A DNA stretch of 64,000 nucleotides from an uncultured delta proteobacterium (GCA_963804165.1 CAWDPO010000002.1:213426-277425); one strand, 5' to 3'. Counted from the stretch's first letter, positions 32,798-43,673 are shown. The notes: generated by a model from the letters alone, not told the origin. Program-made: numbers and translations.

Positions 32798-33127
32798 CCA
32801 TGGGGGTTTTTAGCAGAATGAGTTGTTGACTTAATCCTAAGCAAACGCTGCAGCTCCGACTCTGATCGCTTGTCCCGTGCCGCCGCGAGTCCCAGCTGGC
32901 TTTCTAATTGTATCGATTAAATGGCGAACCCTATCGATGGAATCATTAACGGCTGGTGTAAGGATAGCCAGTTGCATCAGAAATTTAGCAATCGACGCGA
33001 TGGGAAATGTCATGACTCTCCTTCCGCCAGCTACCTGACCGTTGTATGCACTCGGTCCGGCTTTGAACGTTTTGAACGGAGCGAACCGATGGAACGTCCG
33101 GAATGGGTCGCAGGGCCCACCGGCGGA

Positions 33128-33874
33128 TTAGCGTGGGAGCGCTAACTGTAGCAGCACTCCGAATTCCGCCACAGCGTCACTGTAGGACTGGGGAGATTCC
33201 TCATCCGCATCTTTGGTGTATTGCCAGTTGAAACTAAGCGCCTCGGTTGCTTTCCATCCGAACCATTCGAAATTCTGTTTCTGAGTCTTCAGAACTTGTT
33301 CGTCGTTCCAGTTGTGACCGAACAGGACGATGCCGGCTTCGAGCTTCTTTAACTGGGGTATCGGCTTTTCTCCAAGTGAGGTAACTCTGTTCTCGATCCA
33401 GCTAAGGCGTTCGAAGAGGCGCTGATACACGCTGTTCGTTTGTCCCCATCGCACGGAGACGAAAAAGACCACCGCTTGCGATTTGAATAATTCGCGGCTG
33501 ATCTTATAGAGTTGGTCATCGTGGTTATTGATAGAGGCCCAGCACCGGTGCTGGCCCGTCGGGTTCTTCCCCTTGTCGCGCAGCTTCGCTTCGAGCACGC
33601 CGCAATTGTTGCCACGCTGTGCGCTAATATTTCCCTCGCAGGCATGTATTTTGAGATTCGCAACATCGAGCACGGTTACATGCTTTCCTTTTTGCTTCAA
33701 ATGCTTTTCGATTCGAAGCGCGAGTTGTGTAGTCTTTGGGATATCCCAGGGATGCTCCTGGTACCGAGTGCTCGTCGTGAGCAGCAAGATGTTATTCTTC
33801 GCCTCGAGATATTTGACGAGCCGTCGGCATTTTGTCGCTATCAGGCCAATGTTTTCCTTTTTCGAGCCGGTCAT
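33128..33874 (-). CDS. Flavodoxin-fold / NADPH-dependent FMN reductase-like (iron-sulfur flavoprotein-like) protein
   Basis: LLLTTSTR, PKTTQLA, KIHACEGN..CG..RCWAS, AVVFFVSVRWG, LFERL. Confidence 0.65.
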   Translation of the reverse strand: MTGSKKENIGLIATKCRRLVKYLEAKNNILLLTTSTRYQEHPWDIPKTTQLALRIEKHLKQKGKHVTVLDVANLKIHACEGNISAQRGNNCGVLEAKLRDKGKNPTGQHRCWASINNHDDQLYKISRELFKSQAVVFFVSVRWGQTNSVYQRLFERLSWIENRVTSLGEKPIPQLKKLEAGIVLFGHNWNDEQVLKTQKQNFEWFGWKATEALSFNWQYTKDADEESPQSYSDAVAEFGVLLQLALPR

Positions 33875-33948
33875 GAGATCCACGCGTTTCTGAAACCTGG
33901 ACTATTTCTGTGGGATGAGCCAACTATCATCAAAAAGACCTCCCCTGG

Positions 33949-34088
33949 CAGGGTGCTGAAAAACTCCGTCGGAGTCCTTCGACGGTGTGCTCAGGACGAA
34001 CGGAGGGGATTTGAAATCGTTGATGATTTTCCGTTCTGCTGAGCCCGACGAAGCATGAGGGTCTCGAAGCATTCCCTAATTTTTTTTA
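33949..34088. repeat. REP/MITE-like element (CAGGGTGCTGAAAAA end; CCTTCGAC..GCTCAGGACGAACGG hairpins)
   Basis: Direct inspection; right end degenerate. Confidence 0.55.
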
Positions 34089-34310
34089 GTAAAGGATAAC
34101 TCCGAACTCTACCTGTCCCTTCCGCATCTCGTAGTCTCTACGACTTATTCTCTGACCCCGATAATCTTCCTCCACCTGGTTCATCTGGTAATGGGAGTTA
34201 GAGCGGTAGCCTAACACGGGTGTCTTGTTCCCTGACGCCGTTCCAAGGAATTGGCAACCCCATTGACCAAAAGCGATCATGAGCGCTAGGAGCACGGTAA
34301 ATTTTCGCAT
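34086..34310 (-). CDS. Small hypothetical (lipo)protein
   Basis: GGAGG RBS, hydrophobic N-terminus ending WGC. Confidence 0.55.
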   Translation of the reverse strand: MRKFTVLLALMIAFGQWGCQFLGTASGNKTPVLGYRSNSHYQMNQVEEDYRGQRISRRDYEMRKGQVEFGVILY

Positions 34311-34634
34311 GTCAACCTCCTTGGGTTGGACAGATTAGGAGGTTTAAGCAGGCTTACTTAAAAAATTTCGAGTAACCTCAGAAGTGAAACCCCACGTCTA
34401 GAATTGCTCAAACTCTACACTGACCGGAGAGGGATTACTGTCTAATAGGGGACCCTTTCTTGAAAGGAATGAGCGAAAGAGGCGGGTTAACGAACCGGCT
34501 TCCCGCCGGCTCGCAAACAATCAGCTAACACGCCAGGACCGACTGGATTTCACTTAGTTGTCGGGGCACCTCGGTCGCCGTCCCATGGGACGAGAATCAT
34601 CAAATGGATCGTTTTGTCCTTTAAGTCGCGCCGA

Positions 34635-35540
34635 TCACAGCGGTCGAGTAATCAGCACCGGATCGCCGCAATGGCGCACCACCGATTCCGCGACACTCCC
34701 CAACACCCAGCGCTTAACGCCGGATCGCCCGTGCGAGGACATCGCGATCAAATTGTCCGGCGTTTTTTGTCCTAACAAAATAATTTCATCGGCGGCAAGA
34801 CCTTCCTTGGTGACGCACGTGATCTTCGCGACCCCAAGGTTTTTGAGATCGGCTGCCTTCTTGTCTAGATATTGCGCCGCTTCGTCGCGCACGCCGGCGA
34901 GCAGCTCCTCGTAATTCCCGGCGTAAAAACCCTCATCGCCGCCGTAAACGTTGTACGGAATGTGATAGGTGCGGAACAACTCGACCTCCAGATCGAGCTT
35001 TTTCGCCATGCCGGCGGCCATGGGCAGCACGCCCTCGGCAAGCTCGGACCCGTCCAGCGGCACAATAATCGACTTGAGCATGGCTTCGCCTTCTGACTTC
35101 GCCTCCTCGGTAGCGCGGATCAACAACAGTGGATTCACCATTCCGCGCAGGACCTTTTCGGCAACGCTGCCCAACAAGAAGCGATTCAATCCCGACCGGC
35201 CGTGCGTCGCCATCGTGATCAGCATCGCTTTATCGGTTGCCGCTTTTTCAATGATCATGTCTTCGGCTTTGCCCTTTTCCACCGAGCATCGAACATCGGT
35301 GCCGGCAAACGTTGTTGCCACGCTTCCTAGATAGCTCGTGAGGCGGCGGATAGCATCGTCGATGATGGTGTCGAGAAAGCGCACCTTTTCGCTCGCCATG
35401 TGCGAGGCGACCTCGGCGATATCGACCACAGCCAACAACTCGACGGGAACCTTAAACTTGCCCGCCAGGTAACGAGCATAGGGCAGGACCTTTTCCGCCG
35501 TCTTCGATCCATCCAACGGTACGAGTATTTTGCTGTACAT
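34635..35540 (-). CDS. Universal stress protein (tandem Usp domains)
   Basis: Two ILVPLDGS..MxxHGRSG..LGSVAE repeats. Confidence 0.93.
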   Translation of the reverse strand: MYSKILVPLDGSKTAEKVLPYARYLAGKFKVPVELLAVVDIAEVASHMASEKVRFLDTIIDDAIRRLTSYLGSVATTFAGTDVRCSVEKGKAEDMIIEKAATDKAMLITMATHGRSGLNRFLLGSVAEKVLRGMVNPLLLIRATEEAKSEGEAMLKSIIVPLDGSELAEGVLPMAAGMAKKLDLEVELFRTYHIPYNVYGGDEGFYAGNYEELLAGVRDEAAQYLDKKAADLKNLGVAKITCVTKEGLAADEIILLGQKTPDNLIAMSSHGRSGVKRWVLGSVAESVVRHCGDPVLITRPL

Positions 35541-35620
35541 GCTTTCCTCCTCGCCGCCTGTTAAAAAAGTCCAGAGGGACTGTCGTCTTCCGTCCTCTGA
35601 AGGTAAAACTAACCCGTGAT

Positions 35621-35642
35621 GGATTGCGGTCTAATATTGGAC
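35621..35642. promoter_or_regulatory. Conserved quasi-palindromic motif GGATT-N3-GTCTAATATTGGAC upstream of usp (also 34440, 39651, 40825, 44899)
   Basis: Five occurrences, all oriented toward minus-strand transcription. Confidence 0.5.
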
Positions 35643-35699
35643 AAACTCAAAACTATAATTCTGCGTCGCGACTAATCTGAAAGGTCACCACCCTGGTCG

Positions 35700-36398
35700 C
35701 TCAACCGGGGCCTCATTTTCAGCGACAAATTTGAGTCCGTAAGCTTCCTCCGGTTCGCGCAGCGCATAACTGCCATTTGCCTCAATAACATCTCGATGTG
35801 AGGCTTTGACACCGAGCTGATTCTTGACGTTCTCAACAAATGCCATACTGCCCACCGCGATCGCTTCAGACCAGCGATCGTCGCGTACCGCGAAGCCGCT
35901 CTCCGGCCCTTGCTCAATCCACTGTCGATGTGCTCTTTGAAAATCTCCACGATCCGCAAACCCGCTCAACTCGCTACCCCTCTGCCATCTAACCTTGAAC
36001 CATTGAACCTTGAACTTTTGAACCACGATCCTCGTGTGCGGCCGGCGATGAGCTGCATGCTCTCGGCGATAACGTTCGGACCTGTGTCTTTGACCAGTAA
36101 GTGGATGTGATTGGATGTGACCATGTAGTTCAGCACGGACAAACCGAAGCGCTTCCTCGCCTCGAAAACCCAATGCAGGTAACGGCGACGATCACGTGCG
36201 AACTTGAGTAGAAATTTTCTTTGATGGCAGCGGTGCGTGATGTGCCAGACGTAACCAGGCAGGAAGTGACGGCTTGCTCGTGGCATCTTCGTTCCTTAGA
36301 GCCATCGTTCTTAGTTCAAAAAGCGGCCTCTAAGCTCTGAAAAGATGTCTTTTATGCGATCTTAGCCTGTCAAATCAAGATCTTGCCTTGGTCCGACC
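35700..36398 (-). pseudogene. Second copy of the RAYT element; internal segment replaced by a GTTCAA repeat tract, one IR retained
   Basis: MPRASRHFLPGYVWHITHRCH.. near-identical to the copy starting at 29130; CTTGGTCCGACC at 36387-36398; TTGAAC tract at 35991-36025. Confidence 0.85.
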
Positions 36399-36486
36399 CG
36401 GAGTATTTGTTTCTATCCTCCCACCTCCAATCAGTTGGAATGCATGCGCATCTACCCAAGTTTCTGCAGCGCAACCCGCAATGTCA

Positions 36487-37500
36487 TTACGGAGCATCCA
36501 CTCCGTCGAGGAGGTGTCGTGTCCTGAGGTACTTGGCAAAGTATGTAGCAGCCTCACGGCTTGGGTGCCAGAAAAGATTGTCGCCAGTCTCGGTCACGAC
36601 GACGCCATCTGCCAGCGCCTCGTTCAAAGGCTTCAGCAGGTCGAAATAGTGGAGCCGCAAGGATTCGAGTATGCCGAGAATCAGGCGCCGGTACTCTTGG
36701 TATTCAGGCTTCCAGTCGCTGAACGGCCGCAGAATCGGCAACACCAAGACCGTGAGCCGCGCCCTATCGACGGCGACCAAGCGCTCCAAGTCTGTCAGGC
36801 TCGCGCGGACCTCTGCAATGATCTCAGAGCGCGCGGTCTTCTTTGGGGTTACAAGTCCGAGCCAGTAACGATAGGTGTAACTGTGCTGGAAGAGCCACGG
36901 GTTCAGGCGACGAACCGGCCGGTTGGGTGCGAAGACGACCAAGGTCCCGTCGGCCTCCCGAAACGCTACTGGCGTCGTCTCGAAATCGTTGAGGTGAAAC
37001 GTCAAGATGACGTGATCAGGATTAATAGCTCGATTGAATCGCTTGTAATACTCGACTTCTTGCACCGTATTGAAGGACTCGACTCCCGCATTCCAGTACT
37101 CATACTTCTGCGAGCCATACACGGCTCTGAGGGCCTCGACAATCTGACCACGATGGGTGACGGAGTCTCCGATGAACAGGAGCCGATTCACACCCGGGGG
37201 CTTCGCTGCAGCATAGTCGTTTGCGAGCGTGCCAAAGCGCGTGTAGGGGCCATCGCCGAGCACAGGTCGGAAGCCGAAGCTGGGATCTACTACGAAGGAG
37301 AGCCCCTTGGATGCGCTCTGTCGGAACTGGGGGAGTTCGTAGGCTCCGCCGAAAGTTCGATATGGTGCCTTGATCCTGTGGAATACCTCGATACCGAGAA
37401 TCAAGAGAGCGCTGGTCAGGCCAGCGACCAGGAGGTTCACGAGTAGTAAGCGTACCGTTGGTAATGCCTTCCACCTCAAAGGGTTGAGCAAAGGCCACAT
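36487..37500 (-). CDS. SGNH/GDSL hydrolase family membrane-anchored protein
   Basis: FIGDSVT, NAGV, LNDF, WHPS. Confidence 0.85.
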   Translation of the reverse strand: MWPLLNPLRWKALPTVRLLLVNLLVAGLTSALLILGIEVFHRIKAPYRTFGGAYELPQFRQSASKGLSFVVDPSFGFRPVLGDGPYTRFGTLANDYAAAKPPGVNRLLFIGDSVTHRGQIVEALRAVYGSQKYEYWNAGVESFNTVQEVEYYKRFNRAINPDHVILTFHLNDFETTPVAFREADGTLVVFAPNRPVRRLNPWLFQHSYTYRYWLGLVTPKKTARSEIIAEVRASLTDLERLVAVDRARLTVLVLPILRPFSDWKPEYQEYRRLILGILESLRLHYFDLLKPLNEALADGVVVTETGDNLFWHPSREAATYFAKYLRTRHLLDGVDAP

Positions 37501-37533
37501 GCTGGTCCGCCTTCTCCTTTCGTATGCCTAAGC

Positions 37534-39196
37534 CTACTTCGGCCTGAGGGTCAGACTTTCTATTCTTGACAATCTGCCGCTAATTGCGCCGCCTGCTTCC
37601 TCAAAGGTTCGTTCTCGCTCATACGAACGGCCAAGCGCGACACCAAAGAACTCACTGATGCCTTCTGCACCAGCCTCCGTGGCGATCATGATCTGTCCCT
37701 GCTCACGGAAGTAATCGACTAGGGCGGAGCGCATGTCGGCGGTGCGCGAGCCCGTGACACGGTCCGTGCCCTGGTGACATTCCAGCCAATCGGCGTAGAT
37801 CGCCTTGGAACCGTCATCGGTATTGGAGCCGTTGAACAGGACGATGCCATCCTTCCACGGGCTGTCCGCCAATACTCGCAATAGATAACTCTGAGTGCGG
37901 CGGGATTCGGTGAAGATGATCGCCTTCTGCTCGGCGCCGAGTTCCACGGCTTTCTTCATGGCGATAGCGAGCGCCTTCAGCAAGGCTTTGCCCTTGCCGT
38001 TGTGGTCGATGGACGTGGCTAGACGGGCGAAGTTGTCGAGATCAGCGATCTCAGCCTCAATGGCGGCGCGGTCAGCTTCCGAAAGCGGTGAGGCGGGTTC
38101 GTCGTCGTCCCATTCTTCCGCGGTCTCGTCCAAGGCCTCGTAGTCTTGGTCGAGCTCTTCTTCCAACGGTTCTTTTGGCTCCTGCTTCTGCGAGCTTGGC
38201 CTTGAGCCGGTTCGAAATGGACGTGAGCGCTCCCGCTATGGCGAAACTCGAAGATGCCAGCAGCTTGCGCAAAACTAACGTCATCAGCGAGCGCTGGCTG
38301 GAGGGAAGCGCCTGGAGGTTCGGACGGCGCAAATATTCCGACACCAGTTCGTAGAGCTGGTCTTCGCTTTCCTCCGGCGTAAATTTTTCAAGAATTGGTA
38401 GACGCTTAGTATAAGGAATGTAGCCGGTAACCTGCCGACGCAATGTGCGATGGCAAATCGGCTTCAGACGCGCCTTGAGAGTTCGGAAGACTTGATCCTG
38501 AGACAGGTTGGCAAACTGCTCACGAAAACTTTTCAGATCGCCGAAAGCGTGCTCGTCGATGATGCTCGCGAGCCCGAAGAGTTCCAGCAGCGAATTTTGC
38601 AGCGGCGTAGCCGTGAGGAGAAGCTTGTGCCGGTCCTGCAATGCACCCTTGAGCGTGTTCGCAATTACATTGGAAGGCTTGTAAACGTTGCGCAGTCGAT
38701 GCGCTTCGTCGATCACAACGAGATCCCACGGCGTATTCGCGACGTCCGACGCCTTGCTGCGCGCAAAGTGGTAGGAGCAGATGACGATGGCGTCTTTCAC
38801 CTCGAACGGTTTGAAGAGCCCTTGTTTGATCGCGTCGTTATAGGACTTGGTCTCCAAGATCCGGCAAGGCAGAAAAAACTTTTCCGTTAGTTCCTGATGC
38901 CACTGCTTACGCAGATTGGACGGCACGATGACGAGAATGCGCCGCTTCCGCTCCGCCCATCGTTGCGAAAGGACCAGACCCGCCTCGATAGTCTTTCCCA
39001 GTCCGACTTCGTCAGCCAGCAGCGCGCCCTTCGAAAGCGGCGAGTTAAAAGCAAAGAGCGCCGCATCAACCTGGTGCGGATTGAGATCAACCTGCGCGCT
39101 GGCAACCGCGCCGGCGAGCTTCTCGATGCTGTCCGACGAGCAGCGCTTGGTCAGCTCATAAGCGTAGTATTTGGCGTGATAGGGAGTTAGATCCAT
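37534..39196 (-). pseudogene. SNF2/RapA-like helicase (defence-associated type), frameshifted and C-terminally truncated
   Basis: LNPHQ, LLADEVGLGKTIEAG, VIDEAH, LLTATPLQN, IIFTESRRTQ; homology ends at IMIATEAGAEGI (~37657). Confidence 0.85.
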
Positions 39197-39323
39197 TCGA
39201 CGTTATAATTCTCATCTGCCAGCGAGTTATGCCTCGCTTCATCGTCACCTAAATTCGAGTCGGTTTGGAGAAAACTCACCGGCGCGGTGGTGCGGCGCTC
39301 TGGGTTGATGTCGGGTCTAAATC

Positions 39324-39374
39324 GGCCAAAATTTCTCGTAGTCTATTAGATTTGACGGGTTTCTGACAAGGGCG
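39324..39374 (-). promoter_or_regulatory. 51-bp direct repeat copy A; sigma70-like TTGTCA-N18-TAGACT on the minus strand
   Basis: 45/51 identical to 51117..51167. Confidence 0.6.
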
Positions 39375-39841
39375 AATTATAAAAGGATAAGGGCAAAAGG
39401 ATTATCAACACCGCGGCCGGTTCCGAGCGTTCCAGGGTTCCAATGGTTCCAAACGTTCGAGGAATTAAAACCAAAGAGAGGAAACTTTCTTGTTTCGGAA
39501 ATTCTCAAAACGTCAAAATATAAATTCGCCCGAGCTTGGCGATGATCCCACTCAGGATGTTTGCCTCCTCGTCTCGTCGCGTAAAACCCCACTGACAAAA
39601 ACTTTTCGCGCTAATATCTAAAAGGTTAAGCAGGCTCGAAACGGATTGCAGTCTAATATTGGACAATTTTGAAAAGAATCTGGGGCGGGGGACTCGTGTT
39701 CGTGTTTCGTGGTGGGGAGAAGTGCCGTGTTCGTGGTCGTGGGGGGAACTTCCACGTTTCGAGAATTCTCGAAAGGTCGAAATGAGCAGTTTACATCGTT
39801 AAATAGAGCGACGACGCAATTCGGGGCCGGGCTGTGATGTC

Positions 39842-40165
39842 CTAGAGTTCTACGCGTAACAACTGGCCGGGGCGGCTCTTCGGAATAGCGGCGAGCAGAT
39901 TTGGCACGAGCGGACGGAGATCCTCAAGGGCATTACTTGGAGCGAAGAGAAGGATTATGCCGAGTTGCGATTGCGATAGGTTTTGCTGAAATTGTAGGTT
40001 GCGATCAGCGGTCACCAGAACATCAAAGCCCGCGTCAGCCGCGACCCGAAGGAGCTCGCCATTCTTAAGTCCGGCCCACCCGCGCTGCTGAACGGTGCTG
40101 ACATCGTGCCCGACGATGTCCCTGGCAAGGTGACGCGGCAGTTGTTCATCGAGCAGGACGCGCAT
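39842..40165 (-). CDS. DUF5615 PIN-like toxin (VapC45-type)
   Basis: MRVLLDEQLP, GWAGLKNGELL, LVTADRNL. Confidence 0.87.
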   Translation of the reverse strand: MRVLLDEQLPRHLARDIVGHDVSTVQQRGWAGLKNGELLRVAADAGFDVLVTADRNLQFQQNLSQSQLGIILLFAPSNALEDLRPLVPNLLAAIPKSRPGQLLRVEL

Positions 40166-40373
40166 CAGCGGTCAAAGCCTCGTGAGCGTTCTCAAGAACC
40201 GCGATGGCCTGTTCGCGAGAAACCGATGGAAATGCGTCGAGAAACTCATCGATATCATGTCCACGCTCGAGATAGTCAAAGAGGTTTCGCAGCGGGACGC
40301 GCGTGCCCACGAAGACGGGGGTTCCACCTAATATCTCCGGGTCGCGATGTACGACCGAAGGTTGGTTCGTCAT
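40146..40373 (-). CDS. DUF433 antitoxin
   Basis: DPEILGGTPVFVGTRVP..FLDAFP. Confidence 0.9.
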   Translation of the reverse strand: MTNQPSVVHRDPEILGGTPVFVGTRVPLRNLFDYLERGHDIDEFLDAFPSVSREQAIAVLENAHEALTADARPAR

Positions 40374-40589
40374 AAAAGCCTCCTGTCGAGACTATGCATC
40401 CTCGACTTTCCGCTTAACAATATATCCTAAGCCGAGCGACCGTCCAAATACAGTGAACCTCTCCGGACAGTCGCCGTGGCCGTAGCCTGGCAAAGGATAA
40501 ACGGCAAAGAGACGAAGGATAAAAGCCGTGATTGTGACCGGGGCGCATTCGTGTTCGTGATTCGTGATCGTGGATCGGGCTCCTTCAGG

Positions 40590-40851
40590 CTCCTTCAGGA
40601 GAACTACCGTAATCGTGCTCATCGTTAACCGATCAAAGCTGGTTCAAAGGTTCAAGGTTCAAAAGTTCAAGGTCAGATTCGGAAAGGGGGAACTTGCACG
40701 TTTTGACAATTCTCAAAACGTCAAAATACAAATTAACCCGATACAGGCGATGATCCCACCAAGGATGTTTGCCTTCGAGTCTCGCCGCTATCTAAAAGGT
40801 TAAGCAGGGTCGAAACGGATTGCAGTCTAATATTGGACAATTTTGAAAAGA
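40590..40851. repeat. Long non-coding repeat unit (GTTCAA tract + palindrome + promoter-like segment); full copy 44629..44925, partials 39481..39688 and 43445..43550
   Basis: Direct alignment by eye. Confidence 0.9.
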
Positions 40852-41052
40852 ATCTGGGGCGGCGCGGGGTTGGGGAAGGATAAGGGCAAAAGGATAAAGG
40901 ATAAAGGCCCGTGATCGTGGCAGTTCGAAAGGATGAGAAAAGGCGTCCTCGTGATTCCCCAACCTAAGGGGAAACTTCCACGTTTCGAGAATTCTCGAAA
41001 CGTCGAAATGAATTCGAATATCTCTGCAGCCGAGTTGAATTAGCGAGGACAA

Positions 41053-41265
41053 TCAGCTCTGCTTGCTGGAATAGTGCTCGCCGGCCTTTTTGTATATCTG
41101 TTCCAGACGCATCCCTTTGAAGAGTTTGCTTTGAATCTGGAGGTAATCGCCATTACCCTTGGAAAAGTGACGGAGAAAGCGGGCCGCTCCGCTATAGCCC
41201 AAGGCGTCGACCAATGCCCGAATACCGTTATCTACAAGATCTCGTTCGCTCCTAACCTTTGCCAT
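41053..41265 (-). CDS. Small protein, putative antitoxin partner of the PIN gene
   Basis: G..ALVDALG..GAARFL..GNGDY; overlaps the PIN gene end. Confidence 0.7.
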   Translation of the reverse strand: MAKVRSERDLVDNGIRALVDALGYSGAARFLRHFSKGNGDYLQIQSKLFKGMRLEQIYKKAGEHYSSKQS

Positions 41266-41719
41266 AACGACTGCCCTCGTTTCGTATGAATTCCACCGGA
41301 TTAACGACTTTCACTTGAAGCACCGACTGACGACCACCTCTCGACGCGCGTTGGATCAATGTATCGTCGCAGGTAATGAAGAAGTCGCATCCACCGTGTT
41401 GGGCGCACGCCACGTGAAGCGCATCCCTTGGTTTGAACTTTCGCAGCTTCATGAGCCGTCGAGCCAAAGTTAGAATTTGTGGCGATGGGGCAATTGTATC
41501 CGTACACATACGCGATAACAACTCGACCCATTCTTTGCGATCCGGGTGGGGATTCAGACCGTTCTCGTAATCCAACATGAAAGACCAGGTCAATTCCAAC
41601 CGCCCGGCTTCTGCCAATGCGTAGACGCCCTCTATCGCGGTGCATTCGAGCCTGATTCGGAGTTGATTTTGCTCATCGAAGCAGCGGTTATACACGTTTG
41701 TATCGCAATAGAGTTTCAA
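41252..41719 (-). CDS. PIN-domain protein
   Basis: LYCDTNVYNR.FD.Q.Q.RI, DALHVACA, FFITCDD, VVNPVEF. Confidence 0.88.
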   Translation of the reverse strand: MKLYCDTNVYNRCFDEQNQLRIRLECTAIEGVYALAEAGRLELTWSFMLDYENGLNPHPDRKEWVELLSRMCTDTIAPSPQILTLARRLMKLRKFKPRDALHVACAQHGGCDFFITCDDTLIQRASRGGRQSVLQVKVVNPVEFIRNEGSRYGKG

Positions 41720-41948
41720 AATGACGGCGTCCTAGTTGCAAACGTTTGCGAATTCTAGGCGATTTGGTGATCGGCAATCAAGGACGAAATGTGCCGATCG
41801 TTGGAGAGGGTATCGGTATGGGCTTGTTCGGCCAAACTCCGTGTTCGTCGCAGTTCGAAAGGATGAGAAAAGGCATCCTCGTGATTCCGGTCCAACCTAG
41901 GGCGGAACTTCCACGTTTCGAGAATTCTCGAAACGTCGAAATGAGGAT

Positions 41949-42248
41949 CTAAGCAAGCTGGCCCGACGCATGGATGATTTTCTCAAGAGCTTTTAATAGC
42001 GCGCGCGTTTCGCCGAAGTGCTTGAGCCAATAGCGAACTTCTTTCCCCGCCGTATCATACCGGACGATGTCAGCCGCGCGTAGCTTGGCGAGATGACCGC
42101 TGACCGTCTGCACCGAGCGACCGGCAAGCTTGGCAAGATTACTAGGAGTCATCGGCCCGCCGTCATCGAGAAGAACGACGAGCTGGTAGATCACCGGATT
42201 ACCGAGTAGCCGACAGATCCGCGATTCACGATATTTGGTTTCATCCAT
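41949..42248 (-). CDS. ArsR-family winged-helix regulator
   Basis: RLLGNP..Y, TVSGHLAKLRAADIV. Confidence 0.82.
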   Translation of the reverse strand: MDETKYRESRICRLLGNPVIYQLVVLLDDGGPMTPSNLAKLAGRSVQTVSGHLAKLRAADIVRYDTAGKEVRYWLKHFGETRALLKALEKIIHASGQLA

Positions 42249-42360
42249 CGCCGCGGTGTACGGCGAAATCATTATCGCTGTCAAGCTTGCTTCGACGTTT
42301 CGAGAATTCCCGAAACGTCGAAATGAGGAGGGACGTATTGACGGCGCGGTTTGAAAAAGA

Positions 42361-43188
42361 CTAACTGTTCGCGACTAATTTGTCGGCATTTTGCTGGAGA
42401 AGGTGGAGATGGTGGACGATCGCACGCCTTAGCTCCGGCGACGTAATCGATGGCGGTCTCGCGCTGTTGTACCGAGCGATAAATTCAGCGAGCTCTGATG
42501 AGCGCAGGACAGGAACGGTAGGGTTTCTGATCGAGAACCGGCCGTTGCCATTGACGAAAACAAGCAACGCAGTGACGAATGGGAGGCGGTTTCCTTGATC
42601 CGCAAAAACAGCCGTCAAGTTCTCTCTCACGGCGATGGCATTGCGCTTGGCCTGCTTGCTCAGGCTACGAATCTTCTTGCCGTTGACGAACCAATCGTCG
42701 CCGAAACATTTGACGAAGGTCGAATAGTTTTTGGTCTCGATCACAAACAGGCCGTTAGGGCCCATCACCAAGTGATCGACGTTGCCTTTGCCGTCCGGCA
42801 ACATGAGATCGTTTAACACGACGTAATGGTTGGACAGGGATCTAAGGGCATCGGATATCGCGATTTCACCGCGCTTACCGACGGACCAATTAGACCACCG
42901 CGTGAAATTGGCCTTGAACAGCGCGATCGCAAGCACGGTCGTGATCAATCCGACAAGCGGAAGTTGGACATAGCGCGTTGCGAAGATCGCAACGACAACG
43001 ATGGCGAAACACAAAAGCGCCTTTTTAAGATATTTGTGAATCTGTTGATCCGTGAACTTCCCGCCATTTCTGAGCATCAGCATGGCGAGCAGACAACGCA
43101 ACCACAATGCCACGCGGTGCATGGCCATTTTGCGGAACTTGCGGCGTTCTTTGGAAACCCGTTCACACTCGTTCGACAATACTGCCAA
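42361..43188 (-). CDS. NERD nuclease-domain protein with N-terminal TM helices (start uncertain)
   Basis: GKRGE, NVDHLVMGPNGLFVIETKNY, QAKRNA. Confidence 0.82.
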   Translation of the reverse strand: MAVLSNECERVSKERRKFRKMAMHRVALWLRCLLAMLMLRNGGKFTDQQIHKYLKKALLCFAIVVVAIFATRYVQLPLVGLITTVLAIALFKANFTRWSNWSVGKRGEIAISDALRSLSNHYVVLNDLMLPDGKGNVDHLVMGPNGLFVIETKNYSTFVKCFGDDWFVNGKKIRSLSKQAKRNAIAVRENLTAVFADQGNRLPFVTALLVFVNGNGRFSIRNPTVPVLRSSELAEFIARYNSARPPSITSPELRRAIVHHLHLLQQNADKLVANS

Positions 43189-43673
43189 CGTTGTCGGACA
43201 CCGGCGTGACCATGATCGTGATCGTAGATCGTGTTCGTGAGTCGGGAAACTGCGGCCGGCCCGTTCAAGCCATTCAAAGAGCCTGTCCTGAGTCCATCGA
43301 AGGGTTCAACCGCTACGCTCCATTCATCATGGGGGATCGTTCCGTTCAAATGGTTCAAGCCATTCAATGGTTCGGCCGGCTCACCATGACCGGCTCGATC
43401 GTCCGCTCCTCCTGAGATTTATCGAAGGATCGCTCCGTTCAAGTCGTTAACCGATCAAAGCTGGTTCAAAGGTTCAAGGTTCAAAAATTCAAGGTCAGAT
43501 TCGGAAAGGGGGAACTTCCACGTTTTGACAATTCTCAAAACGTCAAAATGTGAAGCCAGCCAGCAGACACTAGGCTACAGCGAGGAACCGCCGATTCAAA
43601 TGTTCAACCCTCAGGGCCGAACGAACATCCATGTTTCGCGGGAATTCTTCTCGAATCATCGGCAAGTTAGAGC

